DNA of 64,000 bases from the IMG/VR virus record IMGVR_UViG_3300025120_000020. One strand, 5' to 3'. Positions 1 through 10,640 of the stretch are shown one piece after another. The notes under the pieces were generated by a model, which worked only from the letters and a program-made list of their open reading frames with translations, did no database searches and was not told where the DNA came from. The position numbers were made by a program, and so were the translations under genes. Every line of letters begins with the position of its first letter. Positions within the stretch are counted from its first letter, which is position 1. The DNA comes from a virus.

Positions 1-693
1 TAAAGTCTCAAAGGATAAATCAAAAATTGCCTTGTTGTCTAAAAGAGAAATGTCTTCAATGTCTTCCTCATCTTCACACAACTGCAAGTAATGCTTTCGC
101 TTCTGATCAAAATCGTCTCCCAAGAATAAAGGGAAGACTTCTACGGAATCATTTACCTTATCTTCATAATAAGAAAAGTTAAAGATAAACCATTCAATAA
201 GCTTCTGCTCTGCTTTTGCTTCTGCCGTCTGGTTGTATTGAATTCGATAAAACTCTTCGAACTCCGCTACAGTTCTTTGTGTTTCAGCAAATGTTGCTTT
301 TGCTTCTTCAAGTTTTTTTTCCTGCTCTTCATCAAGGTCTTTCTGGCCTTCGTAAAATTCAATAATCTTGGCAGCTTCCATATTTTCAACAAAAGCTTTA
401 TTGATTATCTCATTACTCAACTTAGAAGAAGAACCTCCTGAGTCGCCAATTTTATTGTTAAGCAGGAATCTGGTTAAATATCCAGCGTTGATAAAATCAT
501 TATACTGCTGACCATAAAAGAACTCTGCATTTTCAATCTCAGCAAAAGAAGGTTTAGCGAACACAACCCTATTAGAGATAGTTTTAGTTTTTATTTTCGA
601 GGTTTCTACGATCTCCCCTTTAGCGTTCTCTTTCTCTACCGAAACCTTTTGCTTGACTTTTCTTTTAATTGGGAATGAATACAGCTCTTTCAT
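1..693 (-). CDS. Putative tail assembly chaperone (3' end runs off the window)
   Basis: Open frame read manually from ATG at 693 (MKELYSFPIKRKVKQK...). Acidic and helical, lies just downstream of the tail tube gene. Function from position only. Confidence 0.45.
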   Translation of the reverse strand, partial: MKELYSFPIKRKVKQKVSVEKENAKGEIVETSKIKTKTISNRVVFAKPSFAEIENAEFFYGQQYNDFINAGYLTRFLLNNKIGDSGGSSSKLSNEIINKAFVENMEAAKIIEFYEGQKDLDEEQEKKLEEAKATFAETQRTVAEFEEFYRIQYNQTAEAKAEQKLIEWFIFNFSYYEDKVNDSVEVFPLFLGDDFDQKRKHYLQLCEDEEDIEDISLLDNKAIFDLSFETL

Positions 694-743
694 AAACTTT
701 TTACGAAATATTATCGTAAAAAAAACAAATATATCAACAAATA

Positions 744-1115
744 CTAAAAAATATATTCGATCTCAATAGTGGAATCTCCATGTTTTTCAAACTCAATGTG
801 GTCAAAGCCAGTTGAACCAGAAACATTATTTGCGATTAGAGCATCATCAATAAAATAAGAATAAGTGTCATTTCTCTTCATGTGAACTGAAATATCAAAT
901 GAATTATTAGGAGAATAACCCCCAACAAACCTACCTGATTGATCAAAAATATACCCCACGCTTCCAGAAAAAACAAACCCACTATTCAGTAACCCATCTC
1001 CTCCAGCATTGCCAGTCCCAGCAGCTACAGAGAATCCAGAAAAAGTATCATCAATAGAAATAGTTAAATTTGTAATTGATTCTTCATAACCATCGACTTG
1101 TTGGTAAACCTTCAT
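744..1115 (-). CDS. Hypothetical virion-associated protein
   Basis: 123-aa Gly/Ser beta-rich ORF in the structural operon, preceded by the GTGTAA late motif. Confidence 0.5.
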   Translation of the reverse strand: MKVYQQVDGYEESITNLTISIDDTFSGFSVAAGTGNAGGDGLLNSGFVFSGSVGYIFDQSGRFVGGYSPNNSFDISVHMKRNDTYSYFIDDALIANNVSGSTGFDHIEFEKHGDSTIEIEYIF

Positions 1116-1131
1116 TCTCTATATATTACAC

Positions 1132-1165
1132 AAAAAAACAGCCCCACCTTTCGGTGAGGCTGTTT
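1132..1165 (-). terminator. Intrinsic terminator after the tail tube gene (possibly bidirectional)
   Basis: AAACAGCCCCACC-TTTC-GGTGAGGCTGTTT hairpin with an A7 tract (U tract on the minus strand). Confidence 0.75.
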
Positions 1166-1181
1166 GTATTTTTAAAATAGA

Positions 1182-2393
1182 TTAACTAATTGGTTGAGCA
1201 GTCAACTTGTTATTTGTTCCACTTACAACAGTAAAGGCTGGAACATCAGCCTGTGGGAAGAAGAACAGCCCTTGGTCAGTGGTAGAAGCACCACCGATTT
1301 GAGCAGAGAAAGTGAGATCAACAGTTTCGTTATCATCAAGTCCTTGCGAGAATGACTGACTATCAAGAACAGCTCCACTAAGAACATACTCTACTGCGGC
1401 TGCGCCATCGTTTGTAATGTTCAATGTGATGTTAGTCTTATTATTCTCAGCAGTTCCAGTCAAAGCATACTCAAGTGCGCCTGAAGCAAAGTCCCTAGTA
1501 AGAGTATTGACGCTCATAGTAACGTCAATTGGGAATTCAAGGAGTTTGGCATAAGCCAACTCATTTCCAAGAGCCTCAATAACTTCACGAGCTAATGGAA
1601 GCTCAACAGAAGCACTTTGAATAGGTAAAGCACTAAAGGTAGGTCCACCAATTTTCGAAACTCCATCAGTCCCATCATTGAAAGTAATAGTTACATCTTG
1701 AGGACGAAGAACCAATGGAAGATTGTCAGCATCAGAACTTGGAGCAGGAAGTTTAACAATCCCAGTGTGAGTTCTTTCTCCTTCCAAGTCTAGCGATGGG
1801 TTAAGCAGACCAGAATTAATTCCAGTATAGAAAACCACATTAGAAGCTTGCATTTCAATATCAGCCCGTGGGATCTCTCCAACACTGAAGTTTGCACTGT
1901 AGCTGGAAAGGAAACAGTTTCCGAATCCAACAACATCGTGGTTATCTTCATTTGTTATCATTGTTGCCTCCGTTTCATTAAAAGCATCTTCTCCCTCTGC
2001 AACTGTTAGTAGGAAAATATTGCGCTCTTTAAGAATAGGATCTTCTGTCAATTGTCCAGAACACATTTGACCCTTAACTGATGCCGTTGATTTCTGGAAA
2101 CCAAGAGCCAATTCATTTTCTCCATCCCCCAAGAAGTATCCGAAACTTAAAGTTGGATTCACTTCAGTAAGGTTAACGGTTCCGATTCGTGCTAATTGAC
2201 CAAATTCTCTGACATCTTGACGCGCTCCAGCGAGATCCATTTCGAATGAAAAGGTATCAACACGATGCAGGTGATGACCTGTTACCATGCTATTGCCAGT
2301 TAAAGGAGTTCCTGCTTCGGGATATGCGCCCCATCCAGTAGGAGTTACATAGACCGCCTTGTTTTGTGAAATTACTCTTGTTCTTGTAGCCAT
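1182..2393 (-). CDS. Major tail tube protein (siphovirus-like)
   Basis: 403 aa, acidic and beta-rich, downstream of neck genes and followed by a terminator. No sheath gene nearby. Confidence 0.65.
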   Translation of the reverse strand: MATRTRVISQNKAVYVTPTGWGAYPEAGTPLTGNSMVTGHHLHRVDTFSFEMDLAGARQDVREFGQLARIGTVNLTEVNPTLSFGYFLGDGENELALGFQKSTASVKGQMCSGQLTEDPILKERNIFLLTVAEGEDAFNETEATMITNEDNHDVVGFGNCFLSSYSANFSVGEIPRADIEMQASNVVFYTGINSGLLNPSLDLEGERTHTGIVKLPAPSSDADNLPLVLRPQDVTITFNDGTDGVSKIGGPTFSALPIQSASVELPLAREVIEALGNELAYAKLLEFPIDVTMSVNTLTRDFASGALEYALTGTAENNKTNITLNITNDGAAAVEYVLSGAVLDSQSFSQGLDDNETVDLTFSAQIGGASTTDQGLFFFPQADVPAFTVVSGTNNKLTAQPIS

Positions 2394-2428
2394 ATTTATA
2401 TAAAAAGGTTTACCTTAAATACACTGAT

Positions 2429-3307
2429 TTAAGACCTTGGGAAACGATAGGTTGATAAATCAAAGTCTAAGAATGCTATAGAGAAGTCTTTATTCAGTTT
2501 TTCTCGCAAAGCCTCAGAAACAACTTTTGAAGCTGTAACGCTATCAATATAAGAACATAGAGGGCTAGTCCCTTGATTTCCTACAATGCCAGTATAAGTA
2601 TAAGGAAAATCTTTTACAGAGTAAGAATAAGCATATGGGAACTCCTCATAAGGAATGTGAGTTACTTTTTCTCTTACGGTATCTCTAAGCCTAGAAATAA
2701 CAGAATCTAAAATATAAGAATCTTTAGTTAAAATCATGACACGAACCCTACTTTGAGTGTTTTCCTCCCCACCAAATGCGAACTCTTCATTCTCAGAAGA
2801 AGCTAGAGAAACAAAACAAGCTGGAAGGAAATAAGCCCCTTTGTCTATAATTCCTGTTTCATTATAAAAGTAAGGCGAATCTTGCCCATTCTCTAAAAAA
2901 TCAGAATAGACCAAAAACTCTACATCATCATCGTGAGAGATGTAAGTATTTACTTCTTTTACAGAATAAGTCCCAGATATATTTAATCCAGTTCCAGAAG
3001 CTTCAGGAAATAAAAGTCTTCCATTTTCGTAATCAGTATGAACCCCTCCATTTGCACTAGAATCTCCAGTGACAAGACCCCCGCTCACCATAAACCCAGA
3101 GTTTACAACATCGATATCATAATCAGCGACAAGTTGACGATACTCTCCCTGATAACCAACCATATCAGCAGGAATATCATCAAAATCTACATAGCGAAAA
3201 TTATTGTCTAATCCAGTTATATAAGCTTTAGTGTCAGTCTTTAACAAGCGGTTTTCTAACCACAAGTAAAAACTGGACAATAAATTCTGATCAAATTGAG
3301 CTTTCAT
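2429..3307 (-). CDS. Putative tail terminator/neck protein
   Basis: Position between head-completion genes and the tail tube. Confidence 0.5.
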   Translation of the reverse strand: MKAQFDQNLLSSFYLWLENRLLKTDTKAYITGLDNNFRYVDFDDIPADMVGYQGEYRQLVADYDIDVVNSGFMVSGGLVTGDSSANGGVHTDYENGRLLFPEASGTGLNISGTYSVKEVNTYISHDDDVEFLVYSDFLENGQDSPYFYNETGIIDKGAYFLPACFVSLASSENEEFAFGGEENTQSRVRVMILTKDSYILDSVISRLRDTVREKVTHIPYEEFPYAYSYSVKDFPYTYTGIVGNQGTSPLCSYIDSVTASKVVSEALREKLNKDFSIAFLDFDLSTYRFPRS

Positions 3308-3927
3308 TTTATGATGTTTTTGTAAAACTTATCTACAAGTTTGGAGATATAGGGTTGGGTTTTGAAGTTAGTGGATCTTAAATTCTTTAAGACTTGTATC
3401 CCCGTCCCAGCTCTGGACTGATTCAAACCCCCTGCTTTATATAAGAAAGATCCTAAGTTCGAAATTCCCTTTTCTATACCGTCTGCCCAGCTAGATCCAC
3501 TAGCCCAAGGTATTTGAGACACGCTAAAAAGTTCGTCTTTAGAAGGGGGGTTTGTGATAGATATTTTAAATCTACCATTAGATATTGCCCGAACTGTAAC
3601 TACAAGTTTTTGTTTTAATATTTTTTCAATTCCTGCTGTTGGGTCAGACCCCTTATCAAAACCAATAAAAGAAAAAAGGTTTCCATAACCACCTAAAGTG
3701 CCAGAGCTATTTGAGGCATTTGGCCCAGCTTTAATTTCTTTCGTAACAGAATGATTAAAAAAATCTTTAATTAAAGTTTTTTGTGCATCTTCAATAATAG
3801 GAACAACATATTTTCTTATTTCTCGCCCAGTAACTTTACCATTGTTGCCAGCAGTCACCTGCCTGAGAAGTGCGGCTTTGTTTATTGTTACTTTAAACCG
3901 AGTTGCTGATATAAATGCTTTAGCCAT
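3304..3927 (-). CDS. Putative tail completion/neck protein
   Basis: Basic 207-aa protein in the head-tail joining block. C-terminal 'FKTQPYISK' resembles the HK97 gp10-like ending. Confidence 0.45.
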   Translation of the reverse strand: MAKAFISATRFKVTINKAALLRQVTAGNNGKVTGREIRKYVVPIIEDAQKTLIKDFFNHSVTKEIKAGPNASNSSGTLGGYGNLFSFIGFDKGSDPTAGIEKILKQKLVVTVRAISNGRFKISITNPPSKDELFSVSQIPWASGSSWADGIEKGISNLGSFLYKAGGLNQSRAGTGIQVLKNLRSTNFKTQPYISKLVDKFYKNIIK

Positions 3928-4376
3928 TAGTTTTCTCGTTTAAGGGACACAGTATAGTATTGAGTCGAGAATGGTCCCACATTTTTAGCATCAGTATCTA
4001 CAGTAAATAAAGCATCATCAATTTCAATCCTCGTAGAATCCTTTACCTTATCGTAACCATCTGAATCAACTTTGATTCTCACCTTACCATGAGAAGCAGT
4101 TAAATTAAATTGCGCTCCACCATCCACTACAGACTCACCCTGATTTGGCGCGTAGCTGACTCTAGCTTGCACTGTGTGCTTAACTAGCGTAGTTTGCGAA
4201 CTCAACCTAGAGTCGTCCTTAGCCCTACCATACAGTGGATTATAGTTCAAATTAGCGGGTCTTGTAGTCACCCTCTTCTCAATATAGACATAAATATCTC
4301 TAGCAAAAGTATCGTGAACTTCGCTTAACGCACTTTGGATTGCTGACTTTTGAGTAGATGTAAGTAATGAAGCCAT
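3927..4376 (-). CDS. Putative head closure (stopper) protein
   Basis: 149 aa, beta-rich, in the canonical position after the adaptor. Confidence 0.5.
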   Translation of the reverse strand: MASLLTSTQKSAIQSALSEVHDTFARDIYVYIEKRVTTRPANLNYNPLYGRAKDDSRLSSQTTLVKHTVQARVSYAPNQGESVVDGGAQFNLTASHGKVRIKVDSDGYDKVKDSTRIEIDDALFTVDTDAKNVGPFSTQYYTVSLKREN

Positions 4377-4897
4377 TAGAATGATCTGTAAGAGCTTGTA
4401 GATTGGTATGCGTCAATATTGTCAACAGGATCAATTCCATCTCGGCCAAACACCTGCAAGGGAGAAGACTTATATTGATTATAGCGGCCAACTAAGTCAT
4501 TTAAACGATCAGAAGTATCAACCTTCAAGTCTCTGTATGTTTTCGCGACAGAGTTTTTGTTTTGTCTTTGAATGGTTGTATCGCCCTCTTTTAGAGTAAT
4601 CCAATCCGTATCTCCTCCATAAGTGAACCCACGCAGAGAGTCTCTAGAAGCTTTCTCATAATAGTGGATCTCATAAAGGGTCGAGAAAATATTTTCTTCA
4701 ATTGGCAATAAACCTGATCCAGTAGCAATTTCTATAGCCCCCGTATTATTAACATAAAATTCTTCATTAGTAAGACCGTTAAGCTCGCCAATGTTAGCCT
4801 CAAGCCAACCAGAAATATAAGACACGGGAAATCTTACAGTGTCATCTGGAAACTCGTAATTTACTATTTTTGTTGCTAGTGAGCCAAGATCATTCAT
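4376..4897 (-). CDS. Putative head-tail adaptor
   Basis: 173 aa, first of the translationally coupled neck genes downstream of the capsid gene. Confidence 0.5.
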   Translation of the reverse strand: MNDLGSLATKIVNYEFPDDTVRFPVSYISGWLEANIGELNGLTNEEFYVNNTGAIEIATGSGLLPIEENIFSTLYEIHYYEKASRDSLRGFTYGGDTDWITLKEGDTTIQRQNKNSVAKTYRDLKVDTSDRLNDLVGRYNQYKSSPLQVFGRDGIDPVDNIDAYQSTSSYRSF

Positions 4898-4934
4898 TAA
4901 ATAACCTTACAGTAAAACCAGTCTTTAGGGAATT

Positions 4935-5318
4935 CTATAGCTCAAACAGCTTTTTTACTTCATCGTAATTTTCAGCCTTTGGATCAACAACAGGTTGTGC
5001 TTGTCCCGCTACTGTTACGTTATTTTGTTGAACATAAATATCAAAGGACTTTAGTAAATTCTTCTTTAATACTGATGGAGTGTCAATAGAGGAAGCTGGT
5101 AGACCAACCCTTTGAGCAAGAGTCGTCATTTCTCCGACAGACATGCTACCCAGATTACTAGAAAAAACATTCTTGTTATTTGTGCCATATGGATTAACAT
5201 CCTTAATCCCCAAAAGATCTTCTAATTCCTTTGTTTTTTGAATCTTCTCTTCTCGCTCAGAACGCTCTTTACCATCAATAACGTTAAACTCTTCTAAAAA
5301 TTCTTTCTTATTCTCCAT
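4935..5318 (-). CDS. Hypothetical protein
   Basis: 127-aa ORF after the capsid terminator, with its own GTGTAA motif. Confidence 0.55.
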   Translation of the reverse strand: MENKKEFLEEFNVIDGKERSEREEKIQKTKELEDLLGIKDVNPYGTNNKNVFSSNLGSMSVGEMTTLAQRVGLPASSIDTPSVLKKNLLKSFDIYVQQNNVTVAGQAQPVVDPKAENYDEVKKLFEL

Positions 5319-5350
5319 ACCTTATCATAATAGATTACACTAAAAAAATC

Positions 5351-5384
5351 AAAAAAAAAAGAGCCGCCCCGTAGGGCGACTCTT
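5351..5384 (-). terminator. Intrinsic terminator after the major capsid gene
   Basis: AAGAGCCGCCC-CGTA-GGGCGACTCTT hairpin with an A10 tract. Confidence 0.8.
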
Positions 5385-5402
5385 AAATTTAGGAAACCTC
5401 GA

Positions 5403-6506
5403 TTAGAGAACGATTCCGACAAGAGCGCGGTCGTCGATACAAACGCGACCCTCTTCGACTTTACCGTAGTAACCAATCTTGTTCTGACGAACGGAGAACT
5501 GGTCATCAACGAGAACGTTGAGTTCACCAGTAGAGCCTTCATCAAGAACGACAGGACGGAGTAGAGCGTCACGAGAACGATCAACACCGATAAGGATCTG
5601 TTCGGAAGCTTCAGTGAAGCTCACGCCACCCTTAACAGCATCAAAGATCTTGTTGAAACGCTGTCCTTTACCCATTTCAAGAACTTCGACGATATTGATA
5701 CCGTAGAAGCTTGGGAGTCCAGCACCACTGTAAAGCTGAGAGCGAAGCTCTGCTGGAGCAGCGATGCTAGTCTTAAGAGCTGAAGTCATAGGAGCAGCAG
5801 CAGTGTTAATAGGATTGTATGCCATAGCACGAATATCTTCAACAACTTCAGGAGAAACGAGGAGATCCGTAACACCAGCCTTAGAACCACCAACAGGCGT
5901 TCCACCGACAAACGAGCTATTCACACGCTTAGAGAGTGTGATAAGCTTGTTCAAGTCATCAAGAACAAGGCTAGTTCCAGCAGCAGCAGTGATATGATCA
6001 CCAGCAGCAGCAGTTAAGCTATCTCCAGCAACAAGAGCGGAAGCGAGCACGTTAAATGCAGTGCGCTCCTGCTTAAGCATAATTTCCTGAGCCATACGAG
6101 TGAAGGTCTTGGAAACAACGTCAACGCGAGCCTTCTTAGCATACTTACGGTCGAAAGCGAGTGCGCTGTCAAGAGTGTAAGTGCTAAACTTCAGCTCGTT
6201 GTGAGCTGGAAAGACTTGGTTGTAAGGGAGTCCACCAGCAACTTGCTGGGAGTAAACCTGCACATAATCTTCATCAGTAATGTCGTGGAAGAGATCAAGA
6301 GGAAGGGAAGGATTGTCATCAGACTGATAGGTCAGAGTGGTGAAAAGATTTCCAACGGTCACGGCATTGTTGATAACTTCACTGACCACAGGTCCGAGAA
6401 GTTCTGCAACAGCTGCCTGAGCCTCGTAAGCCTCTTCACGATTATTCGAACCCATTGCGCGAACAAGGGCTAACTGATCTTCAGTTTTTTTAATAGTAAT
6501 TTTCAT
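5403..6506 (-). CDS. Major capsid protein (HK97 fold)
   Basis: 367 aa, order portal-protease-decoration-capsid, strongly biased codons, HK97-like C-terminal P-domain pattern (KIGYYGKVEEGRVCID), terminator follows. Confidence 0.85.
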   Translation of the reverse strand: MKITIKKTEDQLALVRAMGSNNREEAYEAQAAVAELLGPVVSEVINNAVTVGNLFTTLTYQSDDNPSLPLDLFHDITDEDYVQVYSQQVAGGLPYNQVFPAHNELKFSTYTLDSALAFDRKYAKKARVDVVSKTFTRMAQEIMLKQERTAFNVLASALVAGDSLTAAAGDHITAAAGTSLVLDDLNKLITLSKRVNSSFVGGTPVGGSKAGVTDLLVSPEVVEDIRAMAYNPINTAAAPMTSALKTSIAAPAELRSQLYSGAGLPSFYGINIVEVLEMGKGQRFNKIFDAVKGGVSFTEASEQILIGVDRSRDALLRPVVLDEGSTGELNVLVDDQFSVRQNKIGYYGKVEEGRVCIDDRALVGIVL

Positions 6507-6521
6507 AATCTGTGAGTAAAA

Positions 6522-7100
6522 TTAGAAGTTAATGTTAACAATTGCGTATCCTCCTGCGTGGGTATCACCAGCAGGACGAGATCCAGTAGCAAGGACTTTA
6601 CCGACAACAGTGTCAGCGGCAACAGCAGTAGCAAGCGTTCCACCAGCACGAAGTCCAAGCTCGACATTAGGAGCAGGGATAAGTGAGCCAGAGAAAGCTC
6701 CTTCCATAAAGGTAAATACACCCTTAGTAGCTACAGGGACAGATTCTCCAGAGAGAACGCACTGAAGCTCTTCTTTCTTCTGGGGGTAAAAGCGCAGCTT
6801 CTCTCCATTCTCATCGGTGTCGCGAACGTCACGGACGATAATTCCAAGAGCAGCATCACCAGAACCAGCCGTTGCCACCCTCAGAGGGTTAACAGCAAGA
6901 GGAGAATAAGCATTTCCTTGAGTAGTAAGGAAAGCAGATCCACCGTCTACGAGATCTATAAGATCATCGTTGAGATTGGCGGCAGAAACCTTTACAATGG
7001 TTCCAGCCCCGACATCAGTGCCTTCGTAAGCAAACATGTTGATAACATCGTTATCATCATATTGACGGTAGGGCAATATTTTAGTAATTTCACTAGCCAT
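6522..7100 (-). CDS. Capsid decoration/cement protein
   Basis: 192 aa, Gly/Ala/Val-rich, immediately upstream of the capsid gene. Confidence 0.65.
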   Translation of the reverse strand: MASEITKILPYRQYDDNDVINMFAYEGTDVGAGTIVKVSAANLNDDLIDLVDGGSAFLTTQGNAYSPLAVNPLRVATAGSGDAALGIIVRDVRDTDENGEKLRFYPQKKEELQCVLSGESVPVATKGVFTFMEGAFSGSLIPAPNVELGLRAGGTLATAVAADTVVGKVLATGSRPAGDTHAGGYAIVNINF

Positions 7101-7140
7101 AATATAATTTAGTTAGATTTTTTTTTAGTTAGATTTTTTT

Positions 7141-8664
7141 TTATTTTGTAACTTCTACAGAGAAGTTTTCTTTCAGCTTTGCAACCAAAGAAATTTGTTC
7201 GGAGGCTTCTGCGTTGTTGTTAGGAATGGGAGCGGCCTCGACCTCTTCAACTTCCAACTCATCTTCGCTAGCCTCAACTTCTTCTTGCTGCTCAGGAGTC
7301 TCTTCTGCCATCTTAGAAGCAATAGCCTCTTCGATTTTGGTTTTGACTGCCTCTTCTTGAGCTGCAATGGCCTCTTTGGTCTTGCTTGCAAAAAGAATAG
7401 AAAGTTTTTCTTTGAAGGTATCGAAAGCCTCATCAGAAGCTTCAACAACCTTCAACTCATCTACGACCAACTTAAGCTCTGCTTCAGTAAGTTCGTATGT
7501 GGAGTCGATAAAGTTCATACGAGAGTTAAATAACTCAACAGCAGCTTGAGCTTCAACCTCAGATTTGAGAGCGGAGAGTTCTGTCTGAACAGCATCAAAA
7601 GAAGCTTTCATTTCAGTCAGATCTGCTTCTGCTTTCTCACGAGCTTCGGCTTCAAGTTGAACTTTAGATTTCCAGTTTTCGGAATGCTCAGTAAGAGCAT
7701 CACGCATAATCTCACCAACAGAGCTGGCTTGATCGTCCTTCTTGACTACAGAAGCTACGCTTTCGGCAACTTGTGTCATTAATGTTTCGAATTGTTCCTT
7801 ATCCATATCAAAAATATCGAATTTGTTGTTTGTTACAGTGTTTTTTCCATTTAGGGAATTTTTAATAATATTATTATCTTCTTTTGCTAAAGAATTATCA
7901 ACAGGCTTTTTGTTTTTCTGTGGGTCTGATGTATAAACCCCTTTAACTCTAGCAGCAGGTTTATATGTTAGTGCAGCTCCTAAAGGATAAGTTTCACCAT
8001 GTATCAATCGGTGAACTGGTGTGCCATTTTCATCTACGCCTTTTCCACCAAAACCCTTTACATACTGCTTAAGCTCCTCTTTCTTTGAACCTTCGGCAAC
8101 TTCACATTCGTCCAATCTATTAGATCCATAGACGACCTTATAGTTCTTAAATGCAAGCTCCCAGCTAGTAGCAATACTCTGATATTCTTCATTCTCTTCT
8201 TTAGCGGCTGTTTCGATAGCTTCCGCTAACTCTGGAAAAATATTCTTATAAATTAAACCAGCAGCGTTGATATAAAATGGCTCTTCTTTGTTAGCATATG
8301 ATTCAATAGCATTATCTTTAAAATCATATTCCTCCATAGAGAAAGAAGCATTGATCATGTGGCCTACGATCTTATGCTTCTTGTGTTCAATGTTAATGGG
8401 CTTATTTATAAATCTTTTTACGGCTGCTACTGCTGTTTCAGAATCTATGCCATCACCGTTTTTATTAAATTCGTTGACGAGGGCTAAATTAAATACAACA
8501 GGCAATACATCTACATTTGCAGATGGGTCAAAGTCGTCTGGCAATAAAGATTTAGCAGCTTCTGCGATAGATCCCTCTGATACTCCAAACTTTTCGTAGT
8601 CAGCTTCTTTGAGAGCCTTAATGCTACAATCAAAGCTACTTACCTCAAAATCTTTTAAATCCAT
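7141..8664 (-). CDS. Prohead protease-scaffold fusion
   Basis: N-terminal NKNGD...KPINIEH...VGH...SWEL protease-like pattern. C-terminal acidic coiled coil begins at an internal Met (MDKEQFE, 7806). Confidence 0.75.
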   Translation of the reverse strand: MDLKDFEVSSFDCSIKALKEADYEKFGVSEGSIAEAAKSLLPDDFDPSANVDVLPVVFNLALVNEFNKNGDGIDSETAVAAVKRFINKPINIEHKKHKIVGHMINASFSMEEYDFKDNAIESYANKEEPFYINAAGLIYKNIFPELAEAIETAAKEENEEYQSIATSWELAFKNYKVVYGSNRLDECEVAEGSKKEELKQYVKGFGGKGVDENGTPVHRLIHGETYPLGAALTYKPAARVKGVYTSDPQKNKKPVDNSLAKEDNNIIKNSLNGKNTVTNNKFDIFDMDKEQFETLMTQVAESVASVVKKDDQASSVGEIMRDALTEHSENWKSKVQLEAEAREKAEADLTEMKASFDAVQTELSALKSEVEAQAAVELFNSRMNFIDSTYELTEAELKLVVDELKVVEASDEAFDTFKEKLSILFASKTKEAIAAQEEAVKTKIEEAIASKMAEETPEQQEEVEASEDELEVEEVEAAPIPNNNAEASEQISLVAKLKENFSVEVTK

Positions 8665-8678
8665 AAAATGTTATACAC

Positions 8679-10640
8679 CTAAATTTTAGTTGAGTGATGC
8701 AAAATCGCAGCAGACATGTCATCGAGCTGATGTTTAGCGCCTACATCCAACACATCTGGATCAACATTTAATTCAGAAAGATTATCTAAATTTTCCACAA
8801 CACTTGATAAAGTCTCATCCCATTCATCTACTGACTTAGAAACAATAATTGACTCACAAGCGCGAGAAACTAAATCTTTTTTATCATCATCAAGTTCATC
8901 CAAGCCAAACTTAAGAGCAAAGTCACGATAAGCTCTAAGTTCAAATTCGCTAACCATTTGGGTAGCTTCAACAATATGTTTCTTTGAAAAGCTTGAGTTA
9001 GAGACTCCAATAGGACGACCACCAGAAGGCGCAATAGGGGCCACTTCTGGTTTAGCGTCTGGAACAGAATCTTCTTCGTTTTGGTAAAGGTTAATGCTGT
9101 TTACAAGTGGCATGTAATAACCTTCTTCCCTCTGCTCTTTGAACTTATCTTGTGCATCTCCCATATCTTCAGATTTTGGAAAGATTCCAGTGTTGATAAC
9201 TTCCATGCCTTGCTGAGGAGTAAGAACTCCAAGCTCCATCATGCGAGTAGCAAGCTTAGTCATGTCCGAATTATTAAGAGTATCAGTCTTAACAAAATTA
9301 ACCTCTGGCCAAGAACGCATTCCCGCATCTTTACAAATACGGCGTATCTCTGGTTGTAAGAAATCACGGATAAATTGGCTACGAGACTCTTCAAGGCGCT
9401 GAATGAATATCTTCATCTTTAGCTGCCCATCTGCATATTTGTTGTCTCCAAGGAGAACATTCTGAAGCCCCTCTTGAATGTCGCGGTTTAAAATCTCATA
9501 CTTTTCAGGGCCAATTACTTTACGAAGATCGGGAATAACAAAATCAGCTTTTGTGGTATAATCAGATACAAGAACACGCCCAACACTTTGATTCTTGAAG
9601 ATGTTTTGCATTGCAGCTAATGCTTTGTGATTAACTCCACCCTTGTCTGGCTCTGCACCCATAGTAACCAACAAAACAACATTCTCAATAGAACGAGAAA
9701 TGGCTTGGTCAATTTTCTTAAGCTCTAGTTTCTTATTGATGTCATCGAGGACAGAGAAAGCGTATGGAACAGAAAGTGGCTCATAGTCTTGCTTTTTAGC
9801 AAATACAACATGTAGTAGTTCTGAAGCTAATTTAATATACAAACGCTCAGTGGTAGTAGCGGTGTTGTTTTGAATTCTTACCTGAACATCTTCTGGCAAA
9901 GAATTATACATCTCAATCTCATGCTCTGTTTTAGGCTCTTTAAGTCTAGATATTTCATATGGAGTAAGGACTTTGAAATACTGAAAGTCATTAAAAGAAA
10001 TAGAACCTTTTGTAGCGATATCAGTTGGGTTTATGATCAAATACTTGATTGGAATGGGAACGCTCTTAGTAGCACCATAGGTTTCCAAGATCTTTCCAGT
10101 ATCAGCAGTTTTGATCTTACCATCAACACGATACATGAAAACATTGCCTGAACGATAGTATTCGCGGAAGTATTGTGACTTGATGTCATGAATTTTAATT
10201 CTTTTAAACCAAGCTTTTACAAAGTTTCTAGCTTTAGCAGATCCCCCTTCTAAAAATAACTCAGAGTCAGCGAAATCAGATAGCATGTCAATAGTGCTTC
10301 TGAAGGCAGGGACATTAAAGTAAGCTTTTTGACATAACTGGATTGCATCACGGACATTTACGGAGTCACGAGAGTAATCAAAAGGGAGTAGCCCATCGTC
10401 AATATTCTTGAACCTATTTTTAGTATAGCTTTGAGTAATGCTGTTAGTTCTTGAACTTGAGCGATTTGTTGGGTCAGAAAGACGAGACGCAGTAGTTTCA
10501 TATAAAGATTCTCCGACCAGCTCTGGAGAAAACTCCTCTGCTAAAGACTGATTGGTTATATCCTCTAAATTATGATTGAGAGTGTTGCTTTTGAACTTAT
10601 TCCAATATTCAGACCGTTTTGTATACTTACGCTTTGCCAT
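8679..10640 (-). CDS. Portal protein
   Basis: 653 aa between terminase and protease, with 'FREYYRSGNVF' portal-like segment and C-terminal GGRP. Confidence 0.8.
   Translation of the reverse strand: MAKRKYTKRSEYWNKFKSNTLNHNLEDITNQSLAEEFSPELVGESLYETTASRLSDPTNRSSSRTNSITQSYTKNRFKNIDDGLLPFDYSRDSVNVRDAIQLCQKAYFNVPAFRSTIDMLSDFADSELFLEGGSAKARNFVKAWFKRIKIHDIKSQYFREYYRSGNVFMYRVDGKIKTADTGKILETYGATKSVPIPIKYLIINPTDIATKGSISFNDFQYFKVLTPYEISRLKEPKTEHEIEMYNSLPEDVQVRIQNNTATTTERLYIKLASELLHVVFAKKQDYEPLSVPYAFSVLDDINKKLELKKIDQAISRSIENVVLLVTMGAEPDKGGVNHKALAAMQNIFKNQSVGRVLVSDYTTKADFVIPDLRKVIGPEKYEILNRDIQEGLQNVLLGDNKYADGQLKMKIFIQRLEESRSQFIRDFLQPEIRRICKDAGMRSWPEVNFVKTDTLNNSDMTKLATRMMELGVLTPQQGMEVINTGIFPKSEDMGDAQDKFKEQREEGYYMPLVNSINLYQNEEDSVPDAKPEVAPIAPSGGRPIGVSNSSFSKKHIVEATQMVSEFELRAYRDFALKFGLDELDDDKKDLVSRACESIIVSKSVDEWDETLSSVVENLDNLSELNVDPDVLDVGAKHQLDDMSAAILHHSTKI

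Noticed and set aside
7102-7142. Short TTAGTTAGATTTTTTT duplication between scaffold and decoration genes
   Set aside because: Low-complexity A-rich leader on the coding strand, with no further support for a function.
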